A stretch of DNA of 64,000 bases from Camelus dromedarius (Eukaryota): assembly GCF_036321535.1 (NCBI RefSeq), contig NC_087436.1, positions 4,898,001-4,962,000 of the forward strand, given 5' to 3'. The notes beneath the pieces were generated by a model. That model was not told where the DNA came from. It did no database searches and was given only the letters and a program-made list of their open reading frames with translations. The number at the start of each line of letters is the position of its first letter. Position 1 is the first letter of the stretch. Positions 12,119 through 25,728 of this stretch are shown here, in pieces. The position numbers and the translations under genes are program-made.

Positions 12119-15100
12119 GACAGCACTATTATTTAGAATAAATAATATCCAGATTGACTTTTGAAATATTATCCAGGAAATTCAAACATTTAGCAAGTAA
12201 AAGTCATTAAAATTCTAAATTCGAAGAGCATACAGTATCTTACGAAACTCACCTTGCGCCCTTTTCTCCAGGTGTCCCAGGTTTGCACAGAGCTCTCAGC
12301 TCTTTTGTTTCCATTTTTTAAGCATTTAGAAAGTTAAGATGAAAAGCTAAATACTAAACTAACACTTTTTTGTTACTAGGAATACCTATACATAGTACAT
12401 TTTCTTACATTTTCATTGGACAGGTGTTTAACTTTCTTACTCGAAAGCAATCAGCCTGTCAGGTCAGAACTTTGGTTTCTTTCTTGTCCTCAGTGTCTTT
12501 CTATCATCACAGAAGAGCAGGCAGTTAATCCTGCAATGTAATATTTACAGGCAGGAGTAGAGTTTTTTTAAGTCTTACATAGAGAAACTAAATAGAACAT
12601 GTAAGATTCTGAGTCCAAGAGAATTTTTTTCCTGGAATATAAAGAATTGTCGTGTAAGTCAGAACAGGAACACTTGGTTTTGAAGTTCCTTCAAATTACT
12701 CCCATTTGAATGGTTGGAGGATAATCTGAAAGGTATAAGTAGACTATATTGTTTGGATAGAACTTACATGTAGTAAACAGAAAATATTCTCCTTGCAGGA
12801 AAGCCTTTCTATAAACTTAGAAGGTGATTAAGACTGCTACTCCACATTATGAAGTCCACATTTAAAGCAGTAAATGGCCAGTTCACACTGGTAACTAGTT
12901 TGTAACCAATATGGCAGTTATAGCAGTATTATAAGGGTACCTGATGATGTATCCTCTGATACATCAATAAAAATTGAGTACATTTAGAAGTTTTTCAACT
13001 AAAGATAACTTCAACATAGGTAAATGTAATTCTATATGTCATCAGAATTTTACATAATGCCTGAATGTACCACATGCTCTTCTAGGAATAATAGAGTGTC
13101 TCTAGTCCTCATATGAAATCTTTATCTGGGAAAAATAAAATTGCCAAGAGCTTTCTGATTTTATAGACCAGGAAACTTCCAGCATTCCCTAAAACATCAA
13201 TAAAGAGCAGCAATTATCAGATGATGTTATAAGGTTTTCCTTCTAAATACACAGAATTGAATTTTGTTTGTGTATTTCCCTCCTAAGTATAATCAGTGTT
13301 TTAAGACAATGGTGTGGACTCTTTCTCCCCAACAGCACTTAACGCATCCTCTCTCCTTCTTTCCATCTTCATCTTTATCCTTAAGAGTCTTGTAGTTGAC
13401 ATTTGGACGCCATCCCTTGTCGACGTCTCTCCAGTACAAACCCTCTGCTCTTACTGTCTTAATCTGAAACTTGTTGGGCTTATTCATCCCTCAGAGCTTC
13501 GTTCCTGTCATTTTCTCTGTTAGAAATGTGTCCATCCAGGTCCTCTCTGCCTATTCAGGTATTCAAACCTCCAGGTTTAGTTGAAATCCTGCCCATTCAA
13601 CAAAGACTTCCTATCTATTTTGTTTGACAATGTAATTCAGTATCCTCTTGTAAAGACCAACAAAATTCCCTTACACCCCATTACAAGGGACAGTTGTGTT
13701 TACTCCGAGCATCTCGTTTGATTTTAACTTATTAAAATTGCCAATTATATAAGACATTTTTGTGTTTGTGTTTACTTGGTTAACTTGGTTAACTAAGTTT
13801 ATCTGCTTATCAGGAACTCTGAGCCTAAAATGTTAGTCCATTTTAGCAGCTGTAAAATACTTCAAAGCATGCCAATTACTACTCTAAACTGATATATAGA
13901 TTAATTAATTCTGCTGCCTCTGTTTTCCCATCTTAACATCATGTATGTTTGTATCTTAATTTTTACATGTATTACACTCTAAAAATACAATTTTATCTCA
14001 CAAAAAAAGGAATCTTAAAAAATAAAATGCTTGTAAAAATTATTGAAAAAACAGAAAAAAATAATATAAGACAAATTCAATTACCTGGAAATAACCATTC
14101 AAATAACCACTTCAAATAATTGGATGTATTTACAATAGTTTTTTATAAACTTGTTTTTATAAGTATTCTAACAGGCTTGGAATGCACTAAAAAACAATTT
14201 TACATGATATTTAAAAATTAAGATTATAGGAGTATTTTCGTGTCACTGAACATTATTTGAAAACATGATATTTAGTAGTTTAATAATAACATATCACATG
14301 AGTGTATCATCATTTAGTGGAAGTGTTTCCATATAGCTGGCCATTCATGCTGCATTCAGTGGTTAAGACATTACTATGGTGAGCAGCTTTGTTTTAAATA
14401 TCTTCATTGCTAAATGTTTAACTTCATATTATTAAAGTATATGAATGGAAGTCGAAGTCTCAATTTGTAAGTTGTGCATATTTCTAAAATTATTAATATT
14501 TGTAGCCAAATTTCTCTTCACACAATTTCTTTGTTCATTTGACAATTGTGAGCATTGTGACTCTTTTTTCACTTACACCATATGCATTCCTACAAATCAC
14601 TTCAGTAACTCTGGAGGAAGGGGTGTGAGTAAATAAATGAATTAATACGTGAATGGATATATTTCCAACCCAAACTGGTCTCCCTTTCTAAAATCATATA
14701 TGAATGATATGTTATATATATTATGTTATATTTAATATATGATAGCTGCTATATTATTTTACAGCTTTTTGTTCTGTCTTCTTTTTTTTACCTTTTTTAT
14801 CAATGAGTTTTTTTCTCTTGAAATTGATTTAAAATTCCCTTTAAGGAGACAGTATGTATACTATTTCTTCTAAATCTCTATGTTTTATCATATTTGTGGG
14901 ACTACAGTTACAAGTCATAGTGCATTTGCAGGTTGTCAATTAGACATGACAGTTCACATATAAAAAAGGAGGAGACACAAAACTTCATCAAGAAGTAGTG
15001 CTAAGTGTCATAGTGAGAAGACAAGTAACCCTAGTCCTTGGTCCTGTCATCCGTGATGACACGGAGACACGAACAATAGTCTTTCCCCACTTTGTCTTTA

Positions 15101-15419
15101 TTCAGGAATGTTAGACGGTGACAGCACCACATTAAATTCTTTCCTGAATTCTGTTCATAACATCTCATGTGTCACACTCCAAGACACGGACCCCCTAGAG
15201 TTTCTAAAAATCATGACGATGATATATTCAGTTGTCAGATCTCAAAACTCAGACAATGCAGATACATATTCGTAAAAACCTTTTACTCAACAGAGAGAAA
15301 TGCACAGAACACACACGAATGACTGAGGGGTCAAATAGCAAGACTACGCGGGGGAAAACGGGCCGTACCAAACCAACAGTGCTGACAGGGCTACTTGGGC
15401 GGACGTGGACAAGCTCACT

Positions 15420-15712
15420 GGACATAGTCGCACTGACTGCCCAGATTATGACCTTGAAATACTTCTTTTCCATCCTTAGGATCTAGGGCTCTTTGGGGAA
15501 AGAAACAGTTTCAGGTTAGGGGCAGATAATATACAACATGAGGCTGAATCAGCTTCACAAACCGGAGAATAGAGAAGCTGCCAAAGCTATTAGAGTCTTG
15601 TCCAAAACACTTAGGAGCCAACTGGAAGGGGCTCCCACTGGCCAAGGAAAGAGGGTATTTGGTGCATCAACCAGAATGAAAACTGTGATACATGGAAACA
15701 CATCAGAACAGA
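15420..15712 (+). mobile_element. L1MC/L1MD 3' UTR fragment
   Basis: 'agggctctttggggaaa...ggggcag...aggagccaactggaaggggctcccactggccaa' is characteristic of L1MC-type 3' ends. Confidence 0.75.
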
Positions 15713-16880
15713 GTTAGGGCGCCCTTTCCTCTAGTTTCCTATCTACATCACTACTCATCCACCCACTTTCCACCTTTGAAAAATAGCTTCCCTTCTCCGA
15801 CGCCATTGCCCCAACTGGTCTGTTTCTGATGTTTTGTGCATGTTCACTAATAATTTGGAGGGCCTGAAAAATCAGCAAAGAGAAACACATGTTTAATTTC
15901 TCATTTAACCCTGTGAAGTCAGGGTCTAAGATTTACTCTTCACATATTTTTAAGAAAACACACACACACACACAGAAAATCTGTTCTGCCAGATAAAAAT
16001 AATGTGGAAAGTAGGTTTGGCTTTCTTTGTAGAAAGTTGACCCTCTCTGTCTTGTTTCAATTTCATTTTTCTCATGCACTTAATTTCTAATTTGAACAGA
16101 AAGAAGAGGAAGAATTTGACTGCTTCTCAGGAAACCCCTTCCTGTGTGGTTCACATCCATGGGGAAAGTTACGTTATTGTTAGAGTTTTCTCTTGTTCAC
16201 AATAGAAGTTGAGTAGTGGCTTCAATTAGACTTTCTTAGATGCTACTGTGTGCAGAGAAAATTCGACTGCACATCCACCCTGCTCCTCAAAAAGCTTTAA
16301 TTATACATTATTCAAGGTCATATTTGTCCATATTAGTAACACAAACTATGACCTGGCTAGGAGATAATCACCATGTGAAGCAAAAATAAGTAGAAACATT
16401 CAATAGTGTAGAAGGACCATGGAGATCAGCAAAGACAGCACTAGGTCTGGGTTCAAATACTGGCTTTATTTCAACTGTAATTTTACTGAAGCTTTTGATT
16501 ATGTGAGGCTATCTCATCATGTGTAAATTTATGTTATTGGAAAATACAATATAACAACCTTCTGTCCATAAGTGTTCCGTGATTCTTCATTGCTGAACCA
16601 AACTATCCTACGTACTGATTTTATGTCAAAATATTTTATATTCTTGGAATGGAAGGGTGGTGTTTAGAAAAGGAAAAACAATAAAGCATTTCCAAATTTC
16701 AGCATTCATTTTTAACTCAAAACTTCTATTCCCAAATGTCAAGTTCATTGGTGCCAAAGTATAGCATTATGTTTCAAAAAAGGAATTCTATTTATTATAA
16801 CGTTTACTCCATATTACCAAGTATACTTTGACCATCTGTTTATATGATAATTTACTAGTTATGTACATTACCTGACTCTG

Positions 16881-17060
16881 CAAGTATTTCTCAAACACGT
16901 GTCTATCTCTCATGAGGAAATTTTTAGAAATGCAAATTCTTAGACCTCACCCAGAGCTTAGGATTCTGTTGGCCGGGTCAGGGTCTTGCTGTCTACACTG
17001 TTATTGAACAACCAGGCAATTCTGAATGGAAACTCTACGTATCACCTTCTGAAAATAAGG
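16881..17060. mobile_element. MER5-like hAT-Charlie MITE
   Basis: 'tttctcaaac...ttagaaatgcaaattcttagacctcacccaga...caggcaattctga'. Confidence 0.65.
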
Positions 17061-17934
17061 GCTAAGTACGCTAGCTGGAATTTCTTTCTGTAATAGTATT
17101 ATCTGATAACTAAAATTATTTTTAATTTATCCATGTAAAGGAAGGACACAATCCTTCATGTAATCTAAACAAAAACTTTCTACTTACATGTAATAATAAG
17201 GATAAAAGTCTTAAATTTTGCATGTTGGACTGACTCTGTGTTTCTTAGATCACGTTAAATTGATGTGAAGAGAAAATGCAGGTTTAAAACGTTTACAGTC
17301 TGTCTGTCTATTTATCTATCCATCGTCTATAATGACCTGGACATTGCAGCTTCAACTCGAGTTTGCACATCGGCCAGTGCTGGGTAGACCTGGCTCAGTC
17401 ACACGGTTCACATACCGCAGGATAAAGACAACCAACATCTTGGTTTAAACAAGCATTCTTCCTAGACGAGCACTCTTGTCACCAGCACCAGAAAGCAAGA
17501 ACACGAAGAGATAAAAGAGGCAGAGACAATACCTTTGCATGACTGTGATTCAGAAGTTAGTTTGTCTGGGTCTAACTATTCAGTTTGACTCAGAGATCAA
17601 CCCACGTAATTTACTCAAAGGTAATTTCCTCAAAGGTAAATTACGTGTGAACATAGGTAATTTCACAGCTGAAACAAGCACTCCCAGAGGTTCGTATACA
17701 GACACATGCCTACATTAAAGCGTGTTCTCCTGTTACTAACTACTGTATTTCTGGAATGTAATACATATACATGCCTAATTTCTCCTCCTAGATTTCTCAA
17801 AGGCAGGTGATTTTTTTTCTTTTTGGGAAATTCTAATGCTAAATTGAAGAGCTGTACAACTAAAACAAGATTATTTAAGAGCATGGAGGAAGGAAAAAAT
17901 CATCTGGCATGTTAACAGACTCTAAGACTGTACT

Positions 17935-18325
17935 TTGCCTCACATGCATTTGACTTATGATTCATATCCAAGGTATGTAAATAATATTTACAGATCAATG
18001 ATAATCAAACAATGCAATAGAAAAATGGGCTAAGAACTCCACAGACAGTTACTGAAGAGGATAACAAATGGCCAAAAAATATTAGAAAAATCTTAATCAT
18101 CAAGAAAACCCAAACCCTCTAACACGAACCCCCAAATGACTACAGAGAAAGGACCATTTTTTAACTACCAAATATTTTTAAGGGTTTCAAGTTAAGCAAC
18201 AAGAATTCTTTCCAGCTGCTGCTAAGTTAATTTGGTACACTCATATTACAAATTGCCAGTGGTGTCCAGTAAAAGTAGTCAACTTCCTACATATAACTCA
18301 GCGTCCACTCCTAGGTGTATTTGCA
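17935..18325 (+). mobile_element. Ancient L1M ORF2 3' region, highly diverged
   Basis: 'caatagaaaaatgggctaaga...acagacagttactgaagaggataacaaatggccaa...tataactcagcgtccactcctaggtgtat'. Confidence 0.65.
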
Positions 18326-18430
18326 GTAAAAGTATACCAGAAGGTGGTGAGATTCTGAGAACCAAGGCTAGACTGCATACACCACCACCCTGCCCATCAG
18401 GTCCAAGGACTGCATAGATTTTGTCACACT

Positions 18431-18563
18431 GGAGAGGGGAGAGTATAGCTCAAGTGATAGAGTGCATGGTTAGCATGTACAAGGTCCTGGGTTCAATCCC
18501 CAGTACATCTTCTAAAAACAAATAAACCTAATTACCTCTCCCTTGCAAAAAAAAATTTCTACA
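18431..18563 (+). mobile_element. tRNA-derived SINE (camelid Vic-1-like)
   Basis: Box A 'tagctcaagtg', box B 'ggttcaatccc', AT-rich body and A tail. Perfect 15-bp TSD AGATTTTGTCACACT at 18416-18430 and 18564-18578. Confidence 0.92.
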
Positions 18564-19249
18564 AGATTTTGTCACACTTGGAATGATTTATTTTGTCTTC
18601 TACTGATAAGTTAGATATAATTGCTTTTATTCCAATCTAATTGGAAAATCAGCTAAAACAGAAATTGATCAAGCCAGCTCAGACAATCCAGGCTGTTTTT
18701 AAAAAGTGAGTGTTTTCTCGTCAACTGAAGAACATCATGTTTGTTATTCTTTTACTAGAATACAAGTCTGTTCCTTTTATATCTGACAGGAATTTCTCAG
18801 GTTCAGGGGTTTTGGGGCTTTTGTGGTCCCATAATTGCAACTTGCAGTAACTCATACGTGGCGGTGGTATTGACAGGAAAGTCCCAACAGAGTTTTGAAA
18901 CGTGGAGCTGCTGGGATGCTCACATGTGCAAACCATTTCTGTTTCCAGTTATTGTTTTGAATGCTTACCATCATAAGAATGGTCATGATTAATTTGGCGC
19001 CATATTTATACCCTCTAAAATGTAGTTTTCATTGAATTTGGCTATGTACTATTTTCATTTTAGGGATGAAGACATTGAATCTCAGTATTCAGTATAGCCA
19101 AAGTCATACGGATGATTTATGACATAGTTGTATCCAGTGTTCTTCAGTGTACTTTTTTAAACAATCCATACATATATATGATCTGCATATTATAATTCAT
19201 CAGTCATACAGTAAGTGGTTCCCATCATGGTTTTCTGTTTTAGTCGTAA

Positions 19250-19410
19250 CTAGGTTCAGATGTTAGCCCAGGAATTCACTAACTGGAGGAATTCAAGCTA
19301 CCTGTTTCACCTCTCCAAGCCTCAGCTTCCTCCTTTGTGCAACAGGGCCCCTAATGAACAAGGATGTATAAATGCATAAATGAATTTCTATATGCAATGT
19401 GCTAAGTTTA
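19250..19410 (+). mobile_element. MIR SINE remnant
   Basis: 'taggttcaga...tcactaactgg...ttcacctctccaagcctcagcttcctcctttgtgcaacaggg'. Confidence 0.65.
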
Positions 19411-21471
19411 TTTGAAGTTATTAATATTATTTGAGATAAATTCATTTATATTTTACTATAATTTTCAATTTTTATCTTACATTAGTTGGAGACATCTGAG
19501 ATTCAAGGTTAGATCAACTAAGAAATAACTTAAACTGCAATTAAACATTTTCACAAAATATATGCATACATAATCAGTCCTATATCTTTTCAAGATACAA
19601 TCCATTTCTCACTTTTTTCCCCCAAGGGAAATGGCCCTAAAACTCACTGAATGGAGGTAGTTTATCATAATTCTTTTGTTAAATAAATAGGATGATAAAA
19701 ATGATAGTAAATGATAGTAAATAAAAATGATAGCCAAGCAACATTTATTATCTGGAAAAATAAAGTCACGTGGCATAAAGTGAAGAAACTAGGTTCTTAG
19801 AGCACCACAGAGTTGTGGTACCCAACTTTTGTTTTCTTTTCATATTATAGGTGCATCTTCTAAGTTAGAAATCACCGTTTTGGACAATTCAACTTTTGCT
19901 ACTAGACTCACGCAAGACTGTTTATAGTGCCTGTCTTTTTCTTTGTTAAGGTCACATATTAATAAAACATTTTCATAGTTAGAGCTAATTATCTAAGAAT
20001 GAAAATCTAACTAAACACACTTAAAATTGAGAAACTACTGAATTACCCAGAGACTACCCAGACTTTTTGTTCTAAATCAGCAGCCAAACTCTGGGAGGGT
20101 GTATCATTGCTACGTTGTTTGAAAAAACACTCTCAAGTGCCAAGATCATCTGCCAGAAAAAGAAAGCAAATAATAATATCACCGAATATCAAAAGGTACT
20201 TCTCACAGTTCAGCTCTGAAACAGAGGATTATAAAAACATCACTTGTTACAGTCATAACAAAACCCCAAAGTTTTGTGTCAAGGCAAGGATAGCTTTGAG
20301 CCTTTTAAGATTCCAGCTCAGATGGGATCCTTGAGTAAAATATTACAAAGGAAAAAAAGGAACATGCTTGAGGTGCCAGGATTTAGGATAATTGCAGGTG
20401 AAAACCCCACATTTGAGCCATAATTCAGCAAGAACATTTATTACACCAGCTTTCCAGTGTTATTCTTGAGCAGCTTTTAGGCAGTACAAACTTTAGCATC
20501 GCTTTCCTAAGCTGCATCCCTGAATTTAGACTGTGAATAGGAGAATTGTGTCCAATCATCCCTGAACTTGCATTTCTGGTCTGAGTGGTGGAGAGAAAAG
20601 GGGTAGGCTTCATTAATGATTCCTCATATTTTTCTGGTTTTCTAAACCAAAATAATTTAATGACTCTGAGGAACAGCCTTTAAAAGAAACCCTATAATTT
20701 AGGATTAAAAATTCTCACCCTCACCATTATGTATGTTCTGAGAATCAGATTAAAAATAGAGTATGTGGAAAAGCACCTTTTCAAAAGGAAATTTCCCCAA
20801 AAGGTACGGAGTTGGTTTTGTTAATGGGGTAGTAGAATTTGGAGTAGGGTTTGGCCCTAAAGGTAGAGTCCGTGTGTTACAAACAGCTGGTCTCCTGCCA
20901 TTTTTGCAGCGAAGGAGTGAAGCAGGGCATCAGAAGGCCATCGTGTTTGGGTGGGAGAGCCTGGAAAGATGTCAGCCAATGAACAGGTCGGCTTGTGACG
21001 GAGTTATTGATGGACGGTCAATTTCCAATAAGGAATATGAACAACAGAGTAACTTCAGGGCAGGAAGCTCTGTTTACAGTTTTTAGGGTTTTTTTTTCAC
21101 ACCTTGATTGTGGTTTCGTTTTGGTTTTAAATAGCAATCTGTCTATATGTTTTGCTGTAACATAACTTAAGGATAATTAAAATACGGATGAGGTACTTAA
21201 ATATTCTTGATGATGAGAATTTGAATTGTTTTTCCTCAGTTGACACAATCCTAATTCGTATTTTCATAAATGAGATATATCAGTGTTACATGTTCTCATC
21301 AATGTCTGTAATATTTCAGACTAAATTATAGCTGTATGAATACCATATGTTTTTGCTTATCAATTTGACCAAAGGCAAGTAATTAGGTATTTCAAAAGTC
21401 ATGGTCAAGTAAATCCTTTCTAATTCAGCTGTTTAATTCTGGTGAATAAAGAGCTATTTCTATTATAGGTG

Positions 21472-21602
21472 TATTATTTAATCACTATGAGATACATTTT
21501 TTGAGTACCCACTATTTGCTGGGTGCTACATGTGGGAATGTGTAAGATTAATAAAATCTGCTCTGTGCCTGAAAGGATGTCCTGTCTTCCAGTGGAGATG
21601 GA
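21472..21602 (-). mobile_element. L2 3' end remnant
   Basis: 'catttttt gagtacccactatttgctgggtgcta...ctctgtgcctgaaagga...tccagtggagatgg' follows the L2 tail pattern. Confidence 0.55.
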
Positions 21603-21739
21603 TATAGAATTTTCACAGCATTTTGACTGTGTTAAATGAGGAAATAATCTGATGTAACACGACAAGAATATATAACTTCTAACAGGCATACTTTATAGTA
21701 AATAATATTTGGACTTCTATATAGGTCTTATACATCTTA

Positions 21740-21896
21740 TTTTTAATTTTAATTTTTTTTTGTTTTATTTTGGGGGGAGTTCATTAGGTTTATTTATTTA
21801 TTATTAGTTTTATTTTAATGGAGGTACTGGGGATTGAACCCAGGACCTCATGCTTGCTAAGCCTGCACTTTACCACTTGAGCTATACCCTCCCCCA
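21740..21896 (-). mobile_element. tRNA-derived SINE (camelid Vic-1-like)
   Basis: Reverse strand reads ggggagggtatagctcaagtggt...gaggtcctgggttcaatccccagtacctcc plus A-rich tail. TSD GTCTTATACATCTTA/GTCTTACACATTTTA (13/15) at 21725 and 21897. Confidence 0.92.
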
Positions 21897-22386
21897 GTCT
21901 TACACATTTTAAACACTAGGTTATTATATTTTTAATTGCAAGATTGGGGTTTCATAGCACACCTATCAATTCTAGGAAGTAAGAAAGGAAAATTAACATC
22001 AGGGGAAAGTTGAATGATTTTGACAAACAATACTGAATTATTTTTTTGAGTAACAAACTTTTTTTTCTGATTACTAGATGTGTCCCTTTATAAAGGTAAC
22101 ATGGGTCCAGATTACCTGATCTGAAAGATACAGGTAAAGGCTAAGTTGTATAATCTGTATAGCATAAGGAAGTTCAATATATAGAAAGATGAGAAAAGTT
22201 AAAGCTTTAAAAGGGATAGTATCAAATAATTGGGAATTATACTATTTAATAAATTAAATAATTGGGAAAAGAAGGAGCAGATGAATGCCCTTTCTGGGTA
22301 TTTTGACTTAGTAATTCAGAGCAAAGACCACATGGAGACAAACAGCCAATGAGAATAGAGGAATAGAGGCTTGCTGGAATAGAGGC

Positions 22387-22419
22387 TGTGACATGTGACA
22401 TGTGACATGTGACATGTGA
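22387..22419. repeat. (TGTGACA)4.7 tandem repeat
   Basis: Four perfect 7-mers plus TGTGA. Confidence 0.95.
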
Positions 22420-22798
22420 TTGTAAATGTGTCACAAGGTGTTGTTGGTGATGGTAGCAGGAGCCTTGGGACCAGAACCAGGATCCCATCCTGCCTAGAAT
22501 GGTTATTTACATAGAATCCAAACTGTACTGAGCATAAAAAAAGCTATTTTTAGCTCACTTTATAACTTTTTTGAAAAGTTGAACATTCCATGGTAACTTT
22601 TAAGTCTTTGAGAAATAGTAATAGGCACTTAGCAAATGTAAGTTGACTTCCCTTTTCTTATTCTTGCAAAGTGTTAAATCATTTGTGAATTAATATCCAC
22701 AGTATTTTCGACTCCCAAGAATCCCTGTCACTTAGCACTTTCTACAATTAAGGCTGAACAGACAGGTCAATGTTCAACTCAGGACTTATATGCAGAAA

Positions 22799-23311
22799 TT
22801 GTGGTGTGTATGTATACACACACACACACACACACACACTGGGATACTACTTAGCCATGAAAAAGAATAAAATAATGCCACTTACAGCAAGATGGATGGA
22901 CCTGGAGATTGTCATTCTAAGTGAAGTAAGCCAGAAGGAGAAAGAAAAATGCCATATGATATCATGTATATGTGAAATTAAAAAAAAAGACAAATGAACT
23001 TACTTACAAAACAGAAAGAGACTCACAGAGATAGAAAACAAACTTATGATTACCAGTGAGGAAAGAGGTGGGAAAAGATAAATTGGGAGTTCGAGATGTG
23101 CAGATACTGACTACTATCCATAAAATAGATAAACAACATAAGTCTTACTGTATTGCACAGGGAACTATATTGAATATCTTGTAGTAACCTATAATGGAAA
23201 AGGATCTGAAAAGGAATATATTTATGTATATGTATGACTGAACTATTTTGCTGTACACCAGAGATTGACACAACATTGTAAACTGACTATACTTCAATTA
23301 AAAAAAAAAAA
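22799..23311 (+). mobile_element. 5'-truncated lineage-specific L1 (ORF2 C-terminus and 3' UTR)
   Basis: Encodes YYLAMKKNKIMP..WMDLEIVILSEVSQ (end of L1 ORF2), then 3' UTR and poly(A). Possible TSD GCAGAAA at 22792 and 23312. Internal (CA)n. Confidence 0.93.
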
Positions 23312-24189
23312 GCAGAAAAGACATTAGGAAATTTCAAAATCTAAATCTGACTGAGTGCACTGAGGATTTTTTATTGTTGATTTTAATTATTAGCCACAGG
23401 ACATGGAAAATGTGAAGTACAATGTAAGGGAGGGTCTTTCCACGTAAGAAGAGAAAAGTACTCCTGGCAGATTTTAAAGGAATGAAACAAGGAAGATGCT
23501 GTCTGGTTCCCTGAGAGAAGACTCAGTGTCTTCATTATCCAGGCTTTGGCCAAGAGTGGAAGAAGGAGACAATAAAAACCACAGATTGAGGGGAAATATG
23601 CTTGCAGGGGCGCCCTGTGCCCTGCTTCTCATTTGGAGCTTTGAGAGGAGGTCACCACCCAGTGGGCTCTGTGACCCCATGGGGAGGCCCCCTTAGTGTG
23701 AAACAGTGACGTTGTCTGATGAGGCAGAGAAAGCACCTGGATTAATGCCCCCTCCCCACCATTTCCTGCTCATGATGGAAACTCAGTCATTCCTGGAGCT
23801 CCAAGGATCAACATAGGTGAGCTGCTGGCGGTCCAGATGGAGACGGGCAGAGTGCGGGAAAATCTAGCCGTCATAAGACCACTGACATTTGTAGGGATGC
23901 TAACATGAGCCCAAGGGCCAGGAGAGGACCTGGAGGGCAACTCGGGTGACAGACTATTGCCTTCTCCGTCGTGACGTTGTCAGTTTCCACCTGTGCCCAG
24001 ATGCTCCCGAGAAGGAAAAGAAGGAACGGGAACAGTCTTAAAGCGACTGGAATTAGAATCTTCCTACTTCTAAGCAGATACGTCGCAGGTCCAATCATTC
24101 AGCAATAGCTGATGTCCATCACAGGAGAGAAAAGAGATGCATTTCTGCGCATCAGAATCGCGCAGCTGGTCATAGAAAACGTTTACGCC

Positions 24190-24345
24190 TCTAGGCTCGG
24201 ATTCTAACCATTTTAAATGTATAAACTCACCTTATTCTCTACACACCTCTTTGAGACAGGCTCTATTTTTATCACCAATTTGGAAATGAGCAAACTGAAG
24301 AGAGGGGGTGCACCGAGCGGCTGGGGTAACACACTTGATGGAAGA
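24190..24345 (-). mobile_element. MIR SINE remnant
   Basis: 'ttttatcaccaatttggaaatgagcaaactgaag' is the MIR core. Confidence 0.6.
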
Positions 24346-24864
24346 TGGAGGCGGTTCCCATCTGCTTAGCTTTATGCACTTCTTCCTGATCTCCACCTCC
24401 ACTCTTCATGACACACACCCCTTGCTGACAATAACTATTGTCCCTCTTGCGTGTTTTATTTTTAACGTCGCCACTTGGAATCTTTAGGCTTTTATTGCTT
24501 TCCCGCCCTTGACACTATCACTCCCACCACGACCTGTCACTTTTATTTGTGATTTTGTGTTATCAGGCAAGACAAGGTAATAAAAGTCTTCACTCTACGT
24601 GTTTCATGTCCAAATAATGCATTGGTGCTGATGGGCTTTCACAGGCTAACTGTAAGAATGAATTCACGGAGTTTTATACAGTGACTAGAAGGGAGATAAA
24701 TAATAACTGTGTCTAAAAATCAAATGGATTTGTTAAAAGACATGATGAACACTGCAGTATAGCATATTCAAGATACTGACCGTATACAATAAACATAATT
24801 CTTTTATTGGTTAGAGGTCCAAGCAAGCATAAAATTAACTCCCCTGAATTACGACTTTAGGGAT

Positions 24865-25110
24865 GATAGACTTATACAGGGTAAGAACGCCGACTTTGAA
24901 ATATGACAGACCCCACTCAGGTGGTTTACCAGCTGTGGAATTTGGGACATATTCCTCAGCTTCTCAAGTCATGGGTTTTAATTTTCATTGACAAAATAAG
25001 AATCATAATATCCAGGTACCATAGTATTTGGGTGGGATTTGGGGGCAATCATGGAAGCACGTTTCTTAGCCCCGGGTAGAAGACAGGGTAATCACTCATC
25101 GTGGTCAGCG
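24865..25110 (+). mobile_element. MIR SINE remnant
   Basis: 'gggtaagaacgccgactttgaaa...tttaccagctgtggaatttgggaca...aaaataagaatcataata'. Confidence 0.6.
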
Positions 25111-25318
25111 TCACCATCACTGCCAGCATCACCTAACCATGCTTCTCCTATTTACTGAGTACATCTGAGCCCTGCGCCTCGCAGGGGCTGGAGAACCCAC
25201 GTCGGAGCAGACCTGCGCAGCGCCGCCCGGTGTTGGTCAAGGGAGAACTGCATTCAGTGTGAGCTACGCATTGTTTCAGGCGATTGGGACACGTTAACGA
25301 ACAAAGCAGATGAACAAT

Positions 25319-25638
25319 AGTCTTAGCCCGTTCAGGCTGCTATAACAAAATCACCCCCTAGGGCGGCTGATAAACAGGAGAAATCTGTCACAGTGCTGGA
25401 GACGGAGTCGGAAATGGGGGGGCACGGTTGGGCGAGGCCCCCTTCCGGGTTGCAGAGCGCCCACCTCTCACTGTGTCCTCGCCTGGTGGCCGGCACGAGG
25501 GCGCTCCCTTGGTCTCTTTCACAAGGGCGGCTCCGCCCCTGGTCTAATCTTCCCCAGCAGCTCTGCCTGCTGACACCGCCACACTGGGCATTGAGGTGGC
25601 AGCGAGTGCACTTACGGGGACACAGTCAGACCATAGCA
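25319..25638 (-). mobile_element. MaLR LTR (MLT1A-like), unusually GC/CpG-rich
   Basis: Starts 'gtcttagcccgttcaggctgctataacaaaat' and ends 'tcagaccatagca', the antisense MLT1A termini. Confidence 0.85.
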
Positions 25639-25728
25639 ACCAGTCTGCTTTTTTGCTGTTTACATTCTATGGGGATATAGATAGATATACAGAAAATTAA
25701 ATACGTAAGTAAATCACACAGTATTTTT

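Noticed and set aside
12945..12966. 9-bp hairpin TGATGTATC-ctct-GATACATCA
   Set aside because: Short stems of this size are expected by chance in 64 kb of AT-rich DNA, and there is no supporting context.
18431..18510. tRNA gene (also 21820-21896, 55730-55804, 62289-62360)
   Set aside because: The tRNA-like heads run into a shared AT-rich body, an A tail and TSDs, so these are SINEs.
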